Shown piece after piece: positions 16,301 through 27,572 of a stretch of DNA of 64,000 nt (its first letter is position 1; the number at the start of each line of letters is the position of its first letter). Under the pieces are notes generated by a model. That model had not been told where the DNA came from. It made no database searches and was given only the letters and a program-made list of their open reading frames with translations. The stretch is from Eledone cirrhosa (taxonomy: Eukaryota), in assembly GCA_964016885.1 (NCBI GenBank), contig OZ024743.1, forward strand, positions 77,376,001 through 77,440,000, given 5' to 3'. Position numbers and translations under genes: made by a program.

Positions 16301-16602
16301 TATATGTGTATGTATGTATGTATATATATGTGTGTGTATGTATGTATATATATATGTGTGTATGTATGTATATATATATATATGTGTATGTATGTATATA
16401 TATATATATGTGTATGTATGTATATATATATATGTGTATGTATGTATATATATATATATATGTGTATGTATGTATATATATATATGTGTATGTATGTATA
16501 TATATATATATGTGTATGTATGTATGTATATATATATATATGTGTATGTATGTATGTATGTATATATATATATGTGTATGTATGTATGTATATATATATA
16601 TA
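11657..16602. repeat. ~5-kb microsatellite array with a higher-order ~24-30-bp unit GTGTATGTATGTATG(TA)n
   Basis: The unit repeats regularly, especially over 13.3-16.6 kb. Confidence 0.97.
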
Positions 16603-16690
16603 TCCCGGACGAGCCCAACAACTTTTCCAAGGGCGGTGCCCCAGCATGGCCTCAGCCGGATGGCTGAAACAGGTAAAAGAGTAAAAGAGT
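16603..16690 (+). mobile_element. Short island in the microsatellite, probable SINE 3' end
   Basis: GGTGCCCCAGCATGGCC..CTGAAACAGG followed by a (TAAAAGAG)2 tail; resembles octopod SINE tails (from memory). Confidence 0.5.
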
Positions 16691-17682
16691 GTATGTATGT
16701 ATGTATGTATGTATGTATATATATATATATATGTATGTATGTATGTATATATATATATATATGTGTATGTATGTATGTATATATATATATATATATGTGT
16801 ATGTATGTATGTATATATATATATGTATGTATGTATATATATATATATGTGTATGTATGTATGTATATATATATATATGTGTATGTATGTATGTATATAT
16901 ATATATATGTGTATGTATGTATGTATATATATATGTATGTATGTATATATATATATGTGTATGTATGTATGTATGTATATATATATATGTGTATGTATGT
17001 ATGTATGTATATATATGTGTATGTATGTATGTATATATATATGTGTATGTATGTATGTATATATATATATATGTGTATGTATGTATGTATATATATATAT
17101 ATGTGTATGTATGTATGTATATATATATGTGTATGTATGTATGTATATATATGTGTATGTATGTATATATATATATATGTGTATGTATGTATGTATATAT
17201 ATATATGTGTATGTATGTATGTATATATATATATGTGTATGTATGTATGTATATATATATATGTGTATGTATGTATGTATATATATATATGTGTATGTAT
17301 GTATATATATATGTGTATGTATGTATGTATATATATATATGTGTATGTATATATATATATATGTGTATGTATGTATGTATATATATATGTGTATGTATGT
17401 ATGTATATATATATGTGTATGTATGTATGTATATATATATGTGTATGTATGTATGTATATATATATATGTGTATGTATGTATGTATATATATATATATGT
17501 GTATGTATGTATATATATATATATGTGTATGTATGTATGTATATATATATGTGTATGTATGTATGTATATATATATGTGTATGTATGTATGTATATATAT
17601 ATGTGTATGTATATATATATATGTGTATGTATGTATGTATGTATATATATATGTGTATGTATATATATATATGTGTATGTAT
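16691..17682. repeat. Continuation of the compound microsatellite array
   Basis: Same unit as 11657-16602. Confidence 0.97.
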
Positions 17683-18806
17683 AAAACAGAACCCAGATCC
17701 CCTCAGGGAAATGGCCTTGCTCAGTATGTAGGAAAGGTGTAGGTAGGAACTCCATTCTCTGCCCCAAATGCAAACAATGGGTACACAAGAGATGTAGCGG
17801 GATCTCAGGAAGCTTAATTAAGAATGTAGGATTCACATGCAGCAGCTGTGCTGAAACAGCAAGCAAACAGCCACAGGAAACAAGTACCACCAATCTCTGG
17901 GAGGGCCCTGTAGAAACAGTAGACAGCTTCTGCTACCTAGGTGACCGAATTAGCAACGGAGGTGGGTGCTCAGAAAGTACAATAACTAGGGTAAGAACGG
18001 GATGGAAGAAGTTTAGGGAACTACTACCACTGCTAGCTGCAAAAGGCTTCTCCCTCAGAATGAAAGGCAGACTGTATGATGCGTGTATCCGAACAGCGAT
18101 GTTGCATGGTAGTGAGACCTGGGCGCTGAAGGTGGAAGACTTACGTAGATTAGAGAGAAACGAAGCCTGCATGCTCCGATGGATGTGTAACAGTAATATA
18201 CGTGAACGACAAAGCATAAATGAATTGAGAGAGAGACTGAGCATAAGAGGAATCAAATGCTGCGTGCAGGAGAGGCGGTTACGCTGGTATGGACATGTGA
18301 TGCGTATGAAGGATGACAGCTGCATAAAAAGGTGCAGAGCACTAGAAGTTGATGGAAACCGCGGAGTGGGGAGACCCAAGATGACTTGGGATGAGGTGAT
18401 AAAAGCCGACCTTACCCAACTACACCTCTCAAAGTCAATGACACACGACCGTGACTTCTGGCGTCACGCAGTAATACAGGGTACCCGACCTCCCATGGGT
18501 ACATGCTGAAGCATATAAACAATATGCCCCCCACCGCAAGGTGGTCGTGGAGGTGCCACGGCAAAAAAGCACCCAGCCCACACTGTAAAGTGGACGTGTA
18601 GGCGCCACGAAAAAGCACCCAGCACTCACTGTAAATGAGGTTGGTGTTAGGAAGGGCATCCAGCTGTAGAAATCAAGCCAGATCAGTTCCTGTATGAGCA
18701 AGGCATGGTCAGCCGACCAGACACTGCCCACAACAGGACAACCCGTCTAACCCATGCTAGCGTGGAAGAACGGACGTAAAACGGTGATGATGATGATGAT
18801 GATGAT
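17683..18806 (+). mobile_element. 5'-truncated RTE subfamily B
   Basis: Near-identical to 26176-27302; ORF 18060-18509; (GAT)n tail. Confidence 0.95.
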
Positions 18807-19129
18807 ATGTGTGTAATATTTATACCACATTTATAGCTTCATTGCTCATCTTTTTTCACACCATAAGTGAATGTTAGATTAGAAGTCATATATATCTATA
18901 TATATATAGATGTGTTTGTGTATATATAATGTGTGTGTGTGTGTATATATTATAGAAAAAACGAGGAAGTTTCGTTTACATGTGTCTAATATATATATGT
19001 CTATATACAGTTTTGTCGTCTGTTTTTTAACAAGTAACATAAAGCAACATTAGAAATTTATACAGCCAAATATATATATATGTTATAGAATACTGTTAGC
19101 TTCTCGCTAAAACAATTTCTATACCTTTC

Positions 19130-19169
<40 letters not shown>

Positions 19170-19543
19170 GTATATACGTACATCAAATGTTTCTACTACA
19201 GTTGTAGCTTCATTGCTCATCAGTTCGTCATCTGTTGCTGGCTGAAGGTTTTTGTTTCCAGTCATGACAATTACTAAATAACTCATTATATGTAATCTAA
19301 CCAGAGGCATCTGAGCTACTCTTATATTGGAGGACATTCTTCTACATTATACTATTCTGATCATGTTCATAGCAACATATCATTTATTGTGGTTTATGGC
19401 ACAGTCTTAGCTAAATGTACTATATATATACATACTCACCCCCCACACACACTCATATATCATCGTTTAACGTCCACTTTCCACGCTAGCATGGGTAGGA
19501 CGGGCAGTACTTTAGTGAGAGATCAGGTCAGAGGACCTTGATT

Positions 19544-19575
<32 letters not shown>

Positions 19576-19599
19576 CTACGTTTTTTGAGTACTTGTAAT

Positions 19600-19694
19600 A
19601 ATTGTTTCTACGTTAGGCACAAGGCCAGCTATGACCCAGTGTATTACTGGTACTTTATTTTATCGACCCCGTAAGGATGAAAGGCAAAGTTAAC
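19600..19694 (-). mobile_element. tRNA-derived SINE fragment
   Basis: Reverse complement of the AACTTTGCCTTTCATCCTTACGGGGTCGATAAAATAAAGTACCAGT body seen in many copies in this window. Confidence 0.75.
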
Positions 19695-20189
19695 AATAAT
19701 ATTTTTCATATATATGTGTATATATTAGGTTTATTCTATTAGAAATGTTTAGGATTAGTGTTGGAAGAATCGAAGCTGACCAGGACAGGAATATATTTTA
19801 TTTTTCTATAAAATTTAAAAGATTGATAGATTTTATTATTCACAATTCTATAAATAACATTACAAATTGTTCACAATTCTTTTATGAAGATATAAACATA
19901 TAATAAATACAATTCACTATTGCTAGTAACCTTAGAAATATAACACACACACTCATATATATGAGAGAGTGAGGGAGAGAGAGATGTATATGTTGTATTT
20001 GTGTTGGTCAGAACATGTCTTACACATAGTGAGTCAACTGTTGTATCATTTCATTCGGTTGCTATATATATAACCCATGCTAGCGTGGAAGATAGACGTT
20101 AAACGATGGTATATTTATAATGTGTGTGTATATATTTTGATGAGTTGTAGTTCACCTGAACACTACACAATCATTTTCACTATTTTATG

Positions 20190-20310
20190 GTCTGAGTTCA
20201 AATCCCGCCGAGGTCAACTTTGCCTTTCATCCTTACGGGGTCGATAAAATAAAGTACCAGTAATACACTGGGATAATTGCTGGCCTGGTGCCAAAAGTAG
20301 AAACAATTAT
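20190..20310 (+). mobile_element. tRNA-derived SINE fragment
   Basis: B-box-like GAGTTCAAATCCC followed by the shared body. Confidence 0.8.
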
Positions 20311-20529
20311 TATTTGTATATGTGTGTGTGTGTGTATAAATGATGTTATCTAAACGCACATATTTAAACAAAATATCTTTCTTCATAGAAAAATTTTAAC
20401 TTAAAACATCTCACAAGTTTTGACAGATGGTTTCATAAAAACGAAATGAACAGTGACATTGTATATATAATATATTTTTGTGTATTTACAAGGTTCCTAG
20501 CAATAATTAATTATATATATTATATATTT

Positions 20530-20645
20530 TCTGAGTTCAAATCCCGCCGAGGTTAACTTTGCCTTTCATCCTTACGGGGTCGATAAAATAAAGTACCAGT
20601 AATGCACTGAGTAATTGCTGGCCTTGTGCTTAACGTAGAAAGAAT
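20530..20645 (+). mobile_element. tRNA-derived SINE fragment
   Basis: Second copy of 20190-20310. Confidence 0.8.
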
Positions 20646-20717
20646 TATATATTTTCATTCTTTAAGAAGTATTATATGTATATTATATATGTCTTATATT
20701 TTCATTCTGTAAGAAGT

Positions 20718-21100
20718 CATCATCATCATTTTACGTCCGCTTTTCCTTGCTTGCAAGGGTGGGACGGGTCCTATTCAGCACAGCATCTCTCCAATCGTCA
20801 CGGCCCTTCGTCATCTCCTCCGTGAGTTTCAGCGATCTGAGGTCTGCTCTCACCACCTCAGCCCGTGATTTTCATGGTCTTCCTCTACTGCGTCTTGCTT
20901 CCACTGGGATTTCTTAGCACTTCTTTACCCAGCGGTCATCCTCCATGCGCATCACATGTCCGTACCATCTCGGTCTTCTCTCCTACACTCTACAGTTTAT
21001 CCCTCTTATACACAGTTTCTCTGTCAACTCATCTATGCTTGGTCGGTCACACACATTGACATTGCACATCCAACGGAGCATTCTTGCTTCATTTCTCTCC
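20718..21100 (-). mobile_element. 5'-truncated RTE (subfamily C)
   Basis: RTE C-terminal coding remnant and (GAT)n tail; AGAAGT on both sides (possible TSD). Confidence 0.85.
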
Positions 21101-21171
21101 AGAAGTATTATATATACTATATACGTGTCCATATTTTCATTCTTTAAGAAGTATTATGTATTATATTATAT

Positions 21172-21480
21172 AGTCGTTTTTATGAAAGGTGGGTGAAAGT
21201 GGCGAGAATGGCCCGTGTGAATGGGCCTTCTCTCTACATCAGCCTGTAGGTGGAAAAGAGGAAGGAACGATGGAGCACCCTCTCTCTGTGCTCCTGAGAA
21301 GAAGGGGTTGCACACTTTTTTCGGAGTGGGAGGAGGTGCGACCCCCAAAACGCCTACTCCCTATTGAGGACTTTATTGTTAATTTTATATTTGTTATTTG
21401 TTTTCTTTACTCTCCTTTTTGTGTAAACTCCCCCCTTGTATTTGTCCCCTTCTTTTGCGCCCTAGTGGCAATAAATAGAA
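21172..21480 (+). mobile_element. 3' end of an L1/Tx1-like LINE
   Basis: Frame SRFYERWVKVARMARVNGPSLYISL* (stop 21247-21249) resembles the F-x-x-x-W C-terminus of Tx1 ORF2; followed by a T-rich UTR and AATAAA. Confidence 0.45.
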
Positions 21481-22114
21481 ATATATATTATATATGTGTA
21501 TATTTTTTATTCTGTAAACATATATTTATAGAGAAATAATAAGTTTGATATTTTCGTGGTAATAATAAAAATATGTATATAGTTGATCTGATGTGTTCTC
21601 TCTGACACTGTTAGCTGTGTTAAGGGGACTAAGTGTTCGATGGACCTGAAAGAAATATCGACCAAATGTCCCTTAAACCACATCCTACCTTCTATAAAAA
21701 GAAAATATGTAAGGAGACTACATTAAGAAGTGTGGACGACAGCATTTCCGAATAAGAAGGTCGATTAACCATCATTAGGTCCTCAGTTAGACCCCACTAC
21801 CTAGAATTTTAGGTATCATTTATCACCATAACCTCGAATCGGCCCTTGCCTTTTCAGTGAAACTGGGTAGACGGAAACTGTTTAGAAGCCCGTCAAATGA
21901 ACTGTGCTTGTTAAATTCAAAGGATATTGTCGCTCTGAATTTCCCTGAAAATTACGTTAAGGAGTACACGCGTCTATGGCGCATGGAATGCTCGGTCACA
22001 TAGATATATGAGCAGGCTGTGTTGTGAAAACCAAACCTAGATGAGACATTAAGATGGTTTTATTCAGTTGGAGCCGAGCTGGAACTATATAACATGTTGA
22101 TACTCGACTTCAAT

Positions 22115-22152
<38 letters not shown>

Positions 22153-22356
22153 AGGATTATATTAATAAAACCATGTACAGTATTATAAAAAAAAAGATAA
22201 ATTCACGAACGTCTGTGTTCTTCACCTATATACACTTCTTGGAAAATATTTTACAGACACACACACACTATATATATATATATATATATATAGTGGTAGA
22301 AGACTGGAAGGTAATATCCGTAGTGGTAGAGCACTCAGTCCATGGGACGAGCTAGG

Positions 22357-22465
22357 TAGAAGTGGTTACACAACAGTTTAACCATATCCATTACGAGCTG
22401 AGGATCCGCTAAGGAGAAACAATTGTTCTCGGTATGGTGAACTTACTGTTGTGTAACCACTTCTA
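22357..22465 (+). ncRNA. Candidate type I hammerhead ribozyme within an extended hairpin
   Basis: CGAG-CTGAGGA-TCC gctaa GGA-GAAAC aatt GTT-CTCG at 22394-22431; perfect 21-bp inverted repeat 22357-22377/22445-22465. Confidence 0.75.
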
Positions 22466-22915
22466 TATATATGTTATACACACACACATGTATGTGTTTA
22501 TATGGACTTCATGTGAAATGTGATGTTTGCCTTCATGGTGTGTTTGGCCTCACTGTATTTAGTTGTGTGTACAGAAAATAGACTTTTTCTGTTAAAATCT
22601 GTTTCGGCTTGTACCAGACTTAGCCAAAATTTCATCAATATTCCACCAGAAATTTATTTCAGAATAATAAATGTTTTTTGAAAGACAGTTTCTTGAAATG
22701 AATGTCTAAATAAAGATTATTACATAAATTGGCGCTTCTTATTACCTGGCATGGGTAACATTACACTTGGAAGTTTCATTTCAATTTGAAATGTGAGGTA
22801 ATGACGAAGAAGAGCTCGAATTTTTATTAATATAAATTAATTAATACGTATAAAATAACCCAATAAATTTACAGTTAGTATAACATATTACGAGAGAAAA
22901 ATATATATATATATA

Positions 22916-23138
22916 CGAAGGGGTGCTGAAAAGTTTCTGGCTTTGGATAAAAATAAAATACAAGAGGATCAGTTAATTATGATTTTATTCAACATATTTC
23001 CCTTCTCAGATTCACACATTTATTGCAGCAGTCCTTCAGTTTTTCTAAGCCTTGTAAAAATAAAAGAACTCGGAAGGTTGAGTCTCCATCCAGGCCTCTG
23101 TAACAGCCATCAAACCAGGGACTTTTCAGTACCCCTCG
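22916..23138. mobile_element. Tc1/mariner-type MITE
   Basis: Imperfect TIRs CGAAGGGGTGCTGAAAAGTTTCTGG / CCAGGGACTTTTCAGTACCCCTCG; TA on the left, TG on the right. Confidence 0.8.
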
Positions 23139-23888
23139 TGTGTGTGTATATATATATATCTCCGTATGTGGTTGACGGCTGAGAGAAAGGGGTACTCAAT
23201 ACCGAAGTCAAGTTTTAATATCCATTTGTTAAGACAAGAACTTGCCCAATGACCCTGTAATAAACAGACGAAACTCCAATGTAACAAGACTATATATATA
23301 TATAATGAGATTCATCTATATTAAAACTTTCATACTCTGCTATGTATTGAGTACCTTACTTACTGTGGTTACCTCCGATTCAACCCGAAATAACTTACGC
23401 ACGCACACACACACACACACTATCATTTTACGTCCGTCAGGACTTAAAGGTTAGTATATATAAAACCAAGCATTGATCATTTAGTTACATTGTGTAGTCG
23501 TAGCTATTAAAAACATAATCCCTACATTATATTATTAGAATAATAGATATTAGATAAATTCTTTCATCGTATAATGACGGCCTGATCTCTGATACCTCCC
23601 AGTATCTGTCAAATTAACGTTTTCACATCTTATATATACTGGTAGGGGTCAAAACTGCCAGACTCCACCTCAACGACCGATGACCCTGGAGTTCTGTGTC
23701 TTTCGTTTCTATTTTCATTTAAAAAAAACAACTTTCTAATGTTCCCCTTAAAAAAATGTCTTTCCTCCGTTGTCTTGTTCTCTGTTAATTTTCCTAAGTT
23801 TATCATTATGTGTGTGTATCATCATCATCGTTTAACGTCCATCTTCCACGCTAGCATGGGTTAGACGTTTTTCTTTCCCATTTGGTGC

Positions 23889-26800
23889 GTGTATATATAT
23901 ATATATATATACCAAGCTACCAAGCACCCACGTGAAGCGCCAACCCAGAGACCCTCCCCTACGAGTGTCGACAAATGCCCAAAACTCCGAGTTGGTACCA
24001 TCAATGTAGGCTCAATGAAAGGAAGAGCAGGAGAAATCGTAGAAATGCTAGAGCGAAAGGAAGTTGATGTATGCTGTGTGCAAGAGACTAGATGGAGAGG
24101 AGGGTCTGCTAGAGTCCTTGTAGGAAAAAGCCAGTGCTACAAATTTTTCTGGGTGGGAAATGACGATGGGATGGGTGGTGTAGGTATACTATTAGCTGAC
24201 AAGTGGGTAGATAAAGTAATCTCAGTGTACAGGGTAAATGCAAGAATCATTAAACTCAGACTAGTCCTGAATAAGACAATTACCACAATAATATCAGCTT
24301 ACGCACCCCAATCGGGGCTGCCAGACGAACTTAAGGATAGGTTTTACGAGTCCCTAATACACACTACTGCTCTAACAGACGACAAGGACTTCCTAATCAT
24401 TGCAGGAGATTTTAACGGGCACGTAGGTAAACACTGCGACGGCTTCAATAGAGTACATGGAGGCCATGGAGTTGGCACAAGGAATGAGGAAGGATTCAGA
24501 CTTCTAGAATTCTGCGACGCCAATGACATGTCGATATGTAACACAAACTTTAAAAAACCCGACAACCACCTGATCACCTATAGATCAGGAGAGCACTCTA
24601 GTCAGTTAGATTTTATCCTCATCAGAGGACGTGACAGATGGACGGTCGTAAACACAAAAGCCTTCCCTAGTGAGGAATGTACATCCCAACATAGCTTAGT
24701 TGTCAGCGACCTCACGGTCAGAACTAGACGAGCCCTGAAACAGAGGCCAACCTGGAGAAGAAAGATCTGGAAGCTGAAAGTCCCCTCAACCAGTAACAGA
24801 TTTAAAGATATTTTACTCAACGCCTACGACAGTAAAGAAGAACAGATAGAGACATTTAACGTAGAAGAGAACTGGGAGTTCCTAAAAAATAACTTACTAG
24901 AGGCGACGGATGAGGTTTGTGGCTGGAGTAAGACCTCAAGCAGGAGGAGAGTGACTTGGTGGTGGAACAATAAGGTAGATGAAGCAGTCAAGGCCAAGAG
25001 ACAGGCATGGAAAGAATGGAAGAACGGGGGGAGCAGGGTACATTACATAGAGACCAAGAGGGAAGCTAGGAGGGAAGCAGAGGATAGAAAATTCAAGCAT
25101 GTTTTACAACGTGAGGACCAGAAACAGGAGGTATTCAAGATTGCGAGGCAGTGTGTCAGAGATAGTTGTGATGTCATTGGAGAGAAGTGTATCCGGAATG
25201 ATAAAGGTGAGCTTGCCCTCACAAGTGCTGAGAAGAAAGATGCATGGAAGAGTCATTATGATAGATTACTAAATGAGGAGAATGCATGGGAAGAAGAGAC
25301 CCTACCCCGCGTAGACCCTATAGAGGGACCAGCAGTACAAGTCAGCGGCAGCGTAGTAAGTAAGGCAATCAGAGATATGAAGATAGGGAAGGCAACCGGT
25401 CCATCGGGTATAGCTACCGAGATGCTGAAGGCATCTGGGTCTGTAGGTCACACTATAACCACACGTATCGTTAACCAGGTAATACTAGAGGGGGCCATAC
25501 CAAAAGATTGGTGCAGTAGCATCATTGTCAACTGCTACAAAGGTAAAGGCGATGCACTAGATAGAGGAAACTATAGAGGTATAAAGTTGATGGACCAGGT
25601 CATGAAAGTAACAGAAAGAGTTATAGCACAGCTGATTAGGGACCGGGTGAATATAGACGAGATGCAATTTGGGTTTGTACCAGGGAAAGGCACCACTGAT
25701 GCCCTCTTCCTTGTGAGGCAATTACAGGAAAAGTACCTAGCTAAAAGTAAGCCACTCTACTTGGCATTTGTCGACCTTGAGAAAGCCTTTGACAGAGTTC
25801 CACGTGCTGTAATCTGGTGGGCTCTTCGAAAACTAGGAGTAGATGAATGGCTTGTGAAAGCGGTACAAGCCATGTATAGGGGAGCAGTCAGCAAAGTTAG
25901 GATTGGCAATGAGTATAGCGAGGAATTTAGCGTACAGGTTGGGGTCCACCAGGGCTCTGTTCTTAGCCCTCTCCTGTTCATCATAGTCCTGCAGGCAATA
26001 ACGGAGGAGTTTAAGACCGGATGCCCATGGGAACTCCTGTATGCTGATGACCTCGCACTCATAGCTGAATCTATGGTAGAACTAGAGAATAAATTCCAAA
26101 CCTGGAAGCAGGGACTAGAGAGAAAGGGCCTCAAAGTCAACATGACAAAGACTAAGGTCCTTATAAGTAGACGAGAAAACAGAACCCAGATCCCCTCAGG
26201 GAAATGGCCTTGCTCAGTATGTAGGAAAGGTGTAGGTAGGAACTCCATTCTCTGCCCCAAATGCAAACAATGGGTACACAAGAGATGTAGCGGGATCTCA
26301 GGAAGCTTAATTAAGAATGTAGGATTCACATGCAGCAGCTGTGCTGAAACAGCAAGCAAACAGCCACAGGAAACAAGTACCACCAATCTCTGGGAGGGCC
26401 CTGTAGAAACAGTAGACAGCTTCTGCTACCTAGGTGACCGAATTAGCAACGGAGGTGGGTGCTCAGAAAGTACAATAACTAGGGTAAGAACGGGATGGAA
26501 GAAGTTTAGGGAACTACTACCACTGCTAGCTGCAAAAGGCTTCTCCCTCAGAATGAAAGGCAGACTGTATGATGCGTGTATCCGAACAGCGATGTTGCAT
26601 GGTAGTGAGACCTGGGCGCTGAAGGTGGAAGACTTACGTAGATTAGAGAGAAACGAAGCCTGCATGCTCCGATGGATGTGTAACAGTAATATACGTGAAC
26701 GACAAAGCATAAAGGAATTGAGAGAGAGACTGAGCATAAGAGGAATCAAATGCTGCGTGCAGGAGAGGCGGTTACGCTGGTATGGACATGTGATGCGTAT

Positions 26801-27002
26801 GAAGGATGACAGCTGCATAAAAAGGTGCAGAGCACTAGAAGTTGATGGAAACCGCGGAGTGGGGAGACCCAAGATGACTTGGGATGAGGTGATAAAAGCC
26901 GACCTTACCCAACTACACCTCTCAAAGTCAATGACACACGACCGTGACTTCTGGCGTCACGCAGTAATACAGGGTACCCGACCTCCCATGGGTACATGCT
27001 GA
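23889..27002 (+). CDS. RTE ORF: APE endonuclease + RT + PHD-like finger; open frame, native start missing, 7-aa internal deletion
   Basis: Same motifs as 2499-5627; the first codons come from microsatellite; lacks QVYLARR present in the 49.2-kb copy. Confidence 0.88.
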   Translation: MYIYIYIYQATKHPREAPTQRPSPTSVDKCPKLRVGTINVGSMKGRAGEIVEMLERKEVDVCCVQETRWRGGSARVLVGKSQCYKFFWVGNDDGMGGVGILLADKWVDKVISVYRVNARIIKLRLVLNKTITTIISAYAPQSGLPDELKDRFYESLIHTTALTDDKDFLIIAGDFNGHVGKHCDGFNRVHGGHGVGTRNEEGFRLLEFCDANDMSICNTNFKKPDNHLITYRSGEHSSQLDFILIRGRDRWTVVNTKAFPSEECTSQHSLVVSDLTVRTRRALKQRPTWRRKIWKLKVPSTSNRFKDILLNAYDSKEEQIETFNVEENWEFLKNNLLEATDEVCGWSKTSSRRRVTWWWNNKVDEAVKAKRQAWKEWKNGGSRVHYIETKREARREAEDRKFKHVLQREDQKQEVFKIARQCVRDSCDVIGEKCIRNDKGELALTSAEKKDAWKSHYDRLLNEENAWEEETLPRVDPIEGPAVQVSGSVVSKAIRDMKIGKATGPSGIATEMLKASGSVGHTITTRIVNQVILEGAIPKDWCSSIIVNCYKGKGDALDRGNYRGIKLMDQVMKVTERVIAQLIRDRVNIDEMQFGFVPGKGTTDALFLVRQLQEKYLAKSKPLYLAFVDLEKAFDRVPRAVIWWALRKLGVDEWLVKAVQAMYRGAVSKVRIGNEYSEEFSVQVGVHQGSVLSPLLFIIVLQAITEEFKTGCPWELLYADDLALIAESMVELENKFQTWKQGLERKGLKVNMTKTKVLISRRENRTQIPSGKWPCSVCRKGVGRNSILCPKCKQWVHKRCSGISGSLIKNVGFTCSSCAETASKQPQETSTTNLWEGPVETVDSFCYLGDRISNGGGCSESTITRVRTGWKKFRELLPLLAAKGFSLRMKGRLYDACIRTAMLHGSETWALKVEDLRRLERNEACMLRWMCNSNIRERQSIKELRERLSIRGIKCCVQERRLRWYGHVMRMKDDSCIKRCRALEVDGNRGVGRPKMTWDEVIKADLTQLHLSKSMTHDRDFWRHAVIQGTRPPMGTC

Positions 27003-27302
27003 AGCATATAAACAATATGCCCCCCCCCCCCCCCCCCACCGCAAGGTGGTCGTGGAGGTGCCACGGCAAAAAAGCAGCCAGCCCACACTGTAAAGTGGAC
27101 GTGTAGGCGCCACGAAAAAGCACCCAGCACTCACTGTAAATGAGGTTGGTGTTAGGAAGGGCATCCAGCTGTAGAAATCGAGCCAGATCAGTTCCTGTAT
27201 GAGCAAGGCATGGTCAGCCGACCAGACACTGCCCACAACAGGACAACCCGTCTAACCCATGCTAGCGTGGAAGAACGGACGTAAAACGGTGATGATGATG
27301 AT
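23911..27302 (+). mobile_element. RTE subfamily B, near full length
   Basis: Starts at a (TA)n run; EN-RT ORF, 3' UTR and (GAT)n tail. Confidence 0.95.
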
Positions 27303-27572
27303 ATATATTTATATACGCGCACACACATTATCAGTTAGATGTTTTCATGCTAATGACATGCTTATGTAATCCACATCACCTTTTTTTATATAGAATATCG
27401 ATTTTTCACAATAATGCCAGATGATTGATGTGGCGTATTATATAACTGGTATTGTAATCACTAACTGAGGGATACAAATCAAAGCAGGGTTGTAAATTTG
27501 TATGGAACAATATTGTCCTTTATTTATTGAAAATAGCAAAAGACGTATATATATATATATATATATATATAA

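Noticed and set aside
8-17893. Very long ORFs of Y/I/C/V/M/H/T (up to 2024 aa)
   Set aside because: Strictly alternating purine-pyrimidine repeats cannot contain TAA, TAG or TGA, so every frame is open; these are artefacts.
19128-19337. Minus ORF ending VVETFD plus a GTACGT donor-like site, vaguely like an eIF4A N-terminus
   Set aside because: Similarity is weak, no downstream helicase exons were found in 1-19 kb, and part of it is duplicated at 18815 as a non-coding motif.
22595-22640. Minus-strand TTGATGA..GGCT..AGCC-GAAAC hammerhead-like string
   Set aside because: Wrong first core base, a 6-nt spacer before helix II and no helix I.
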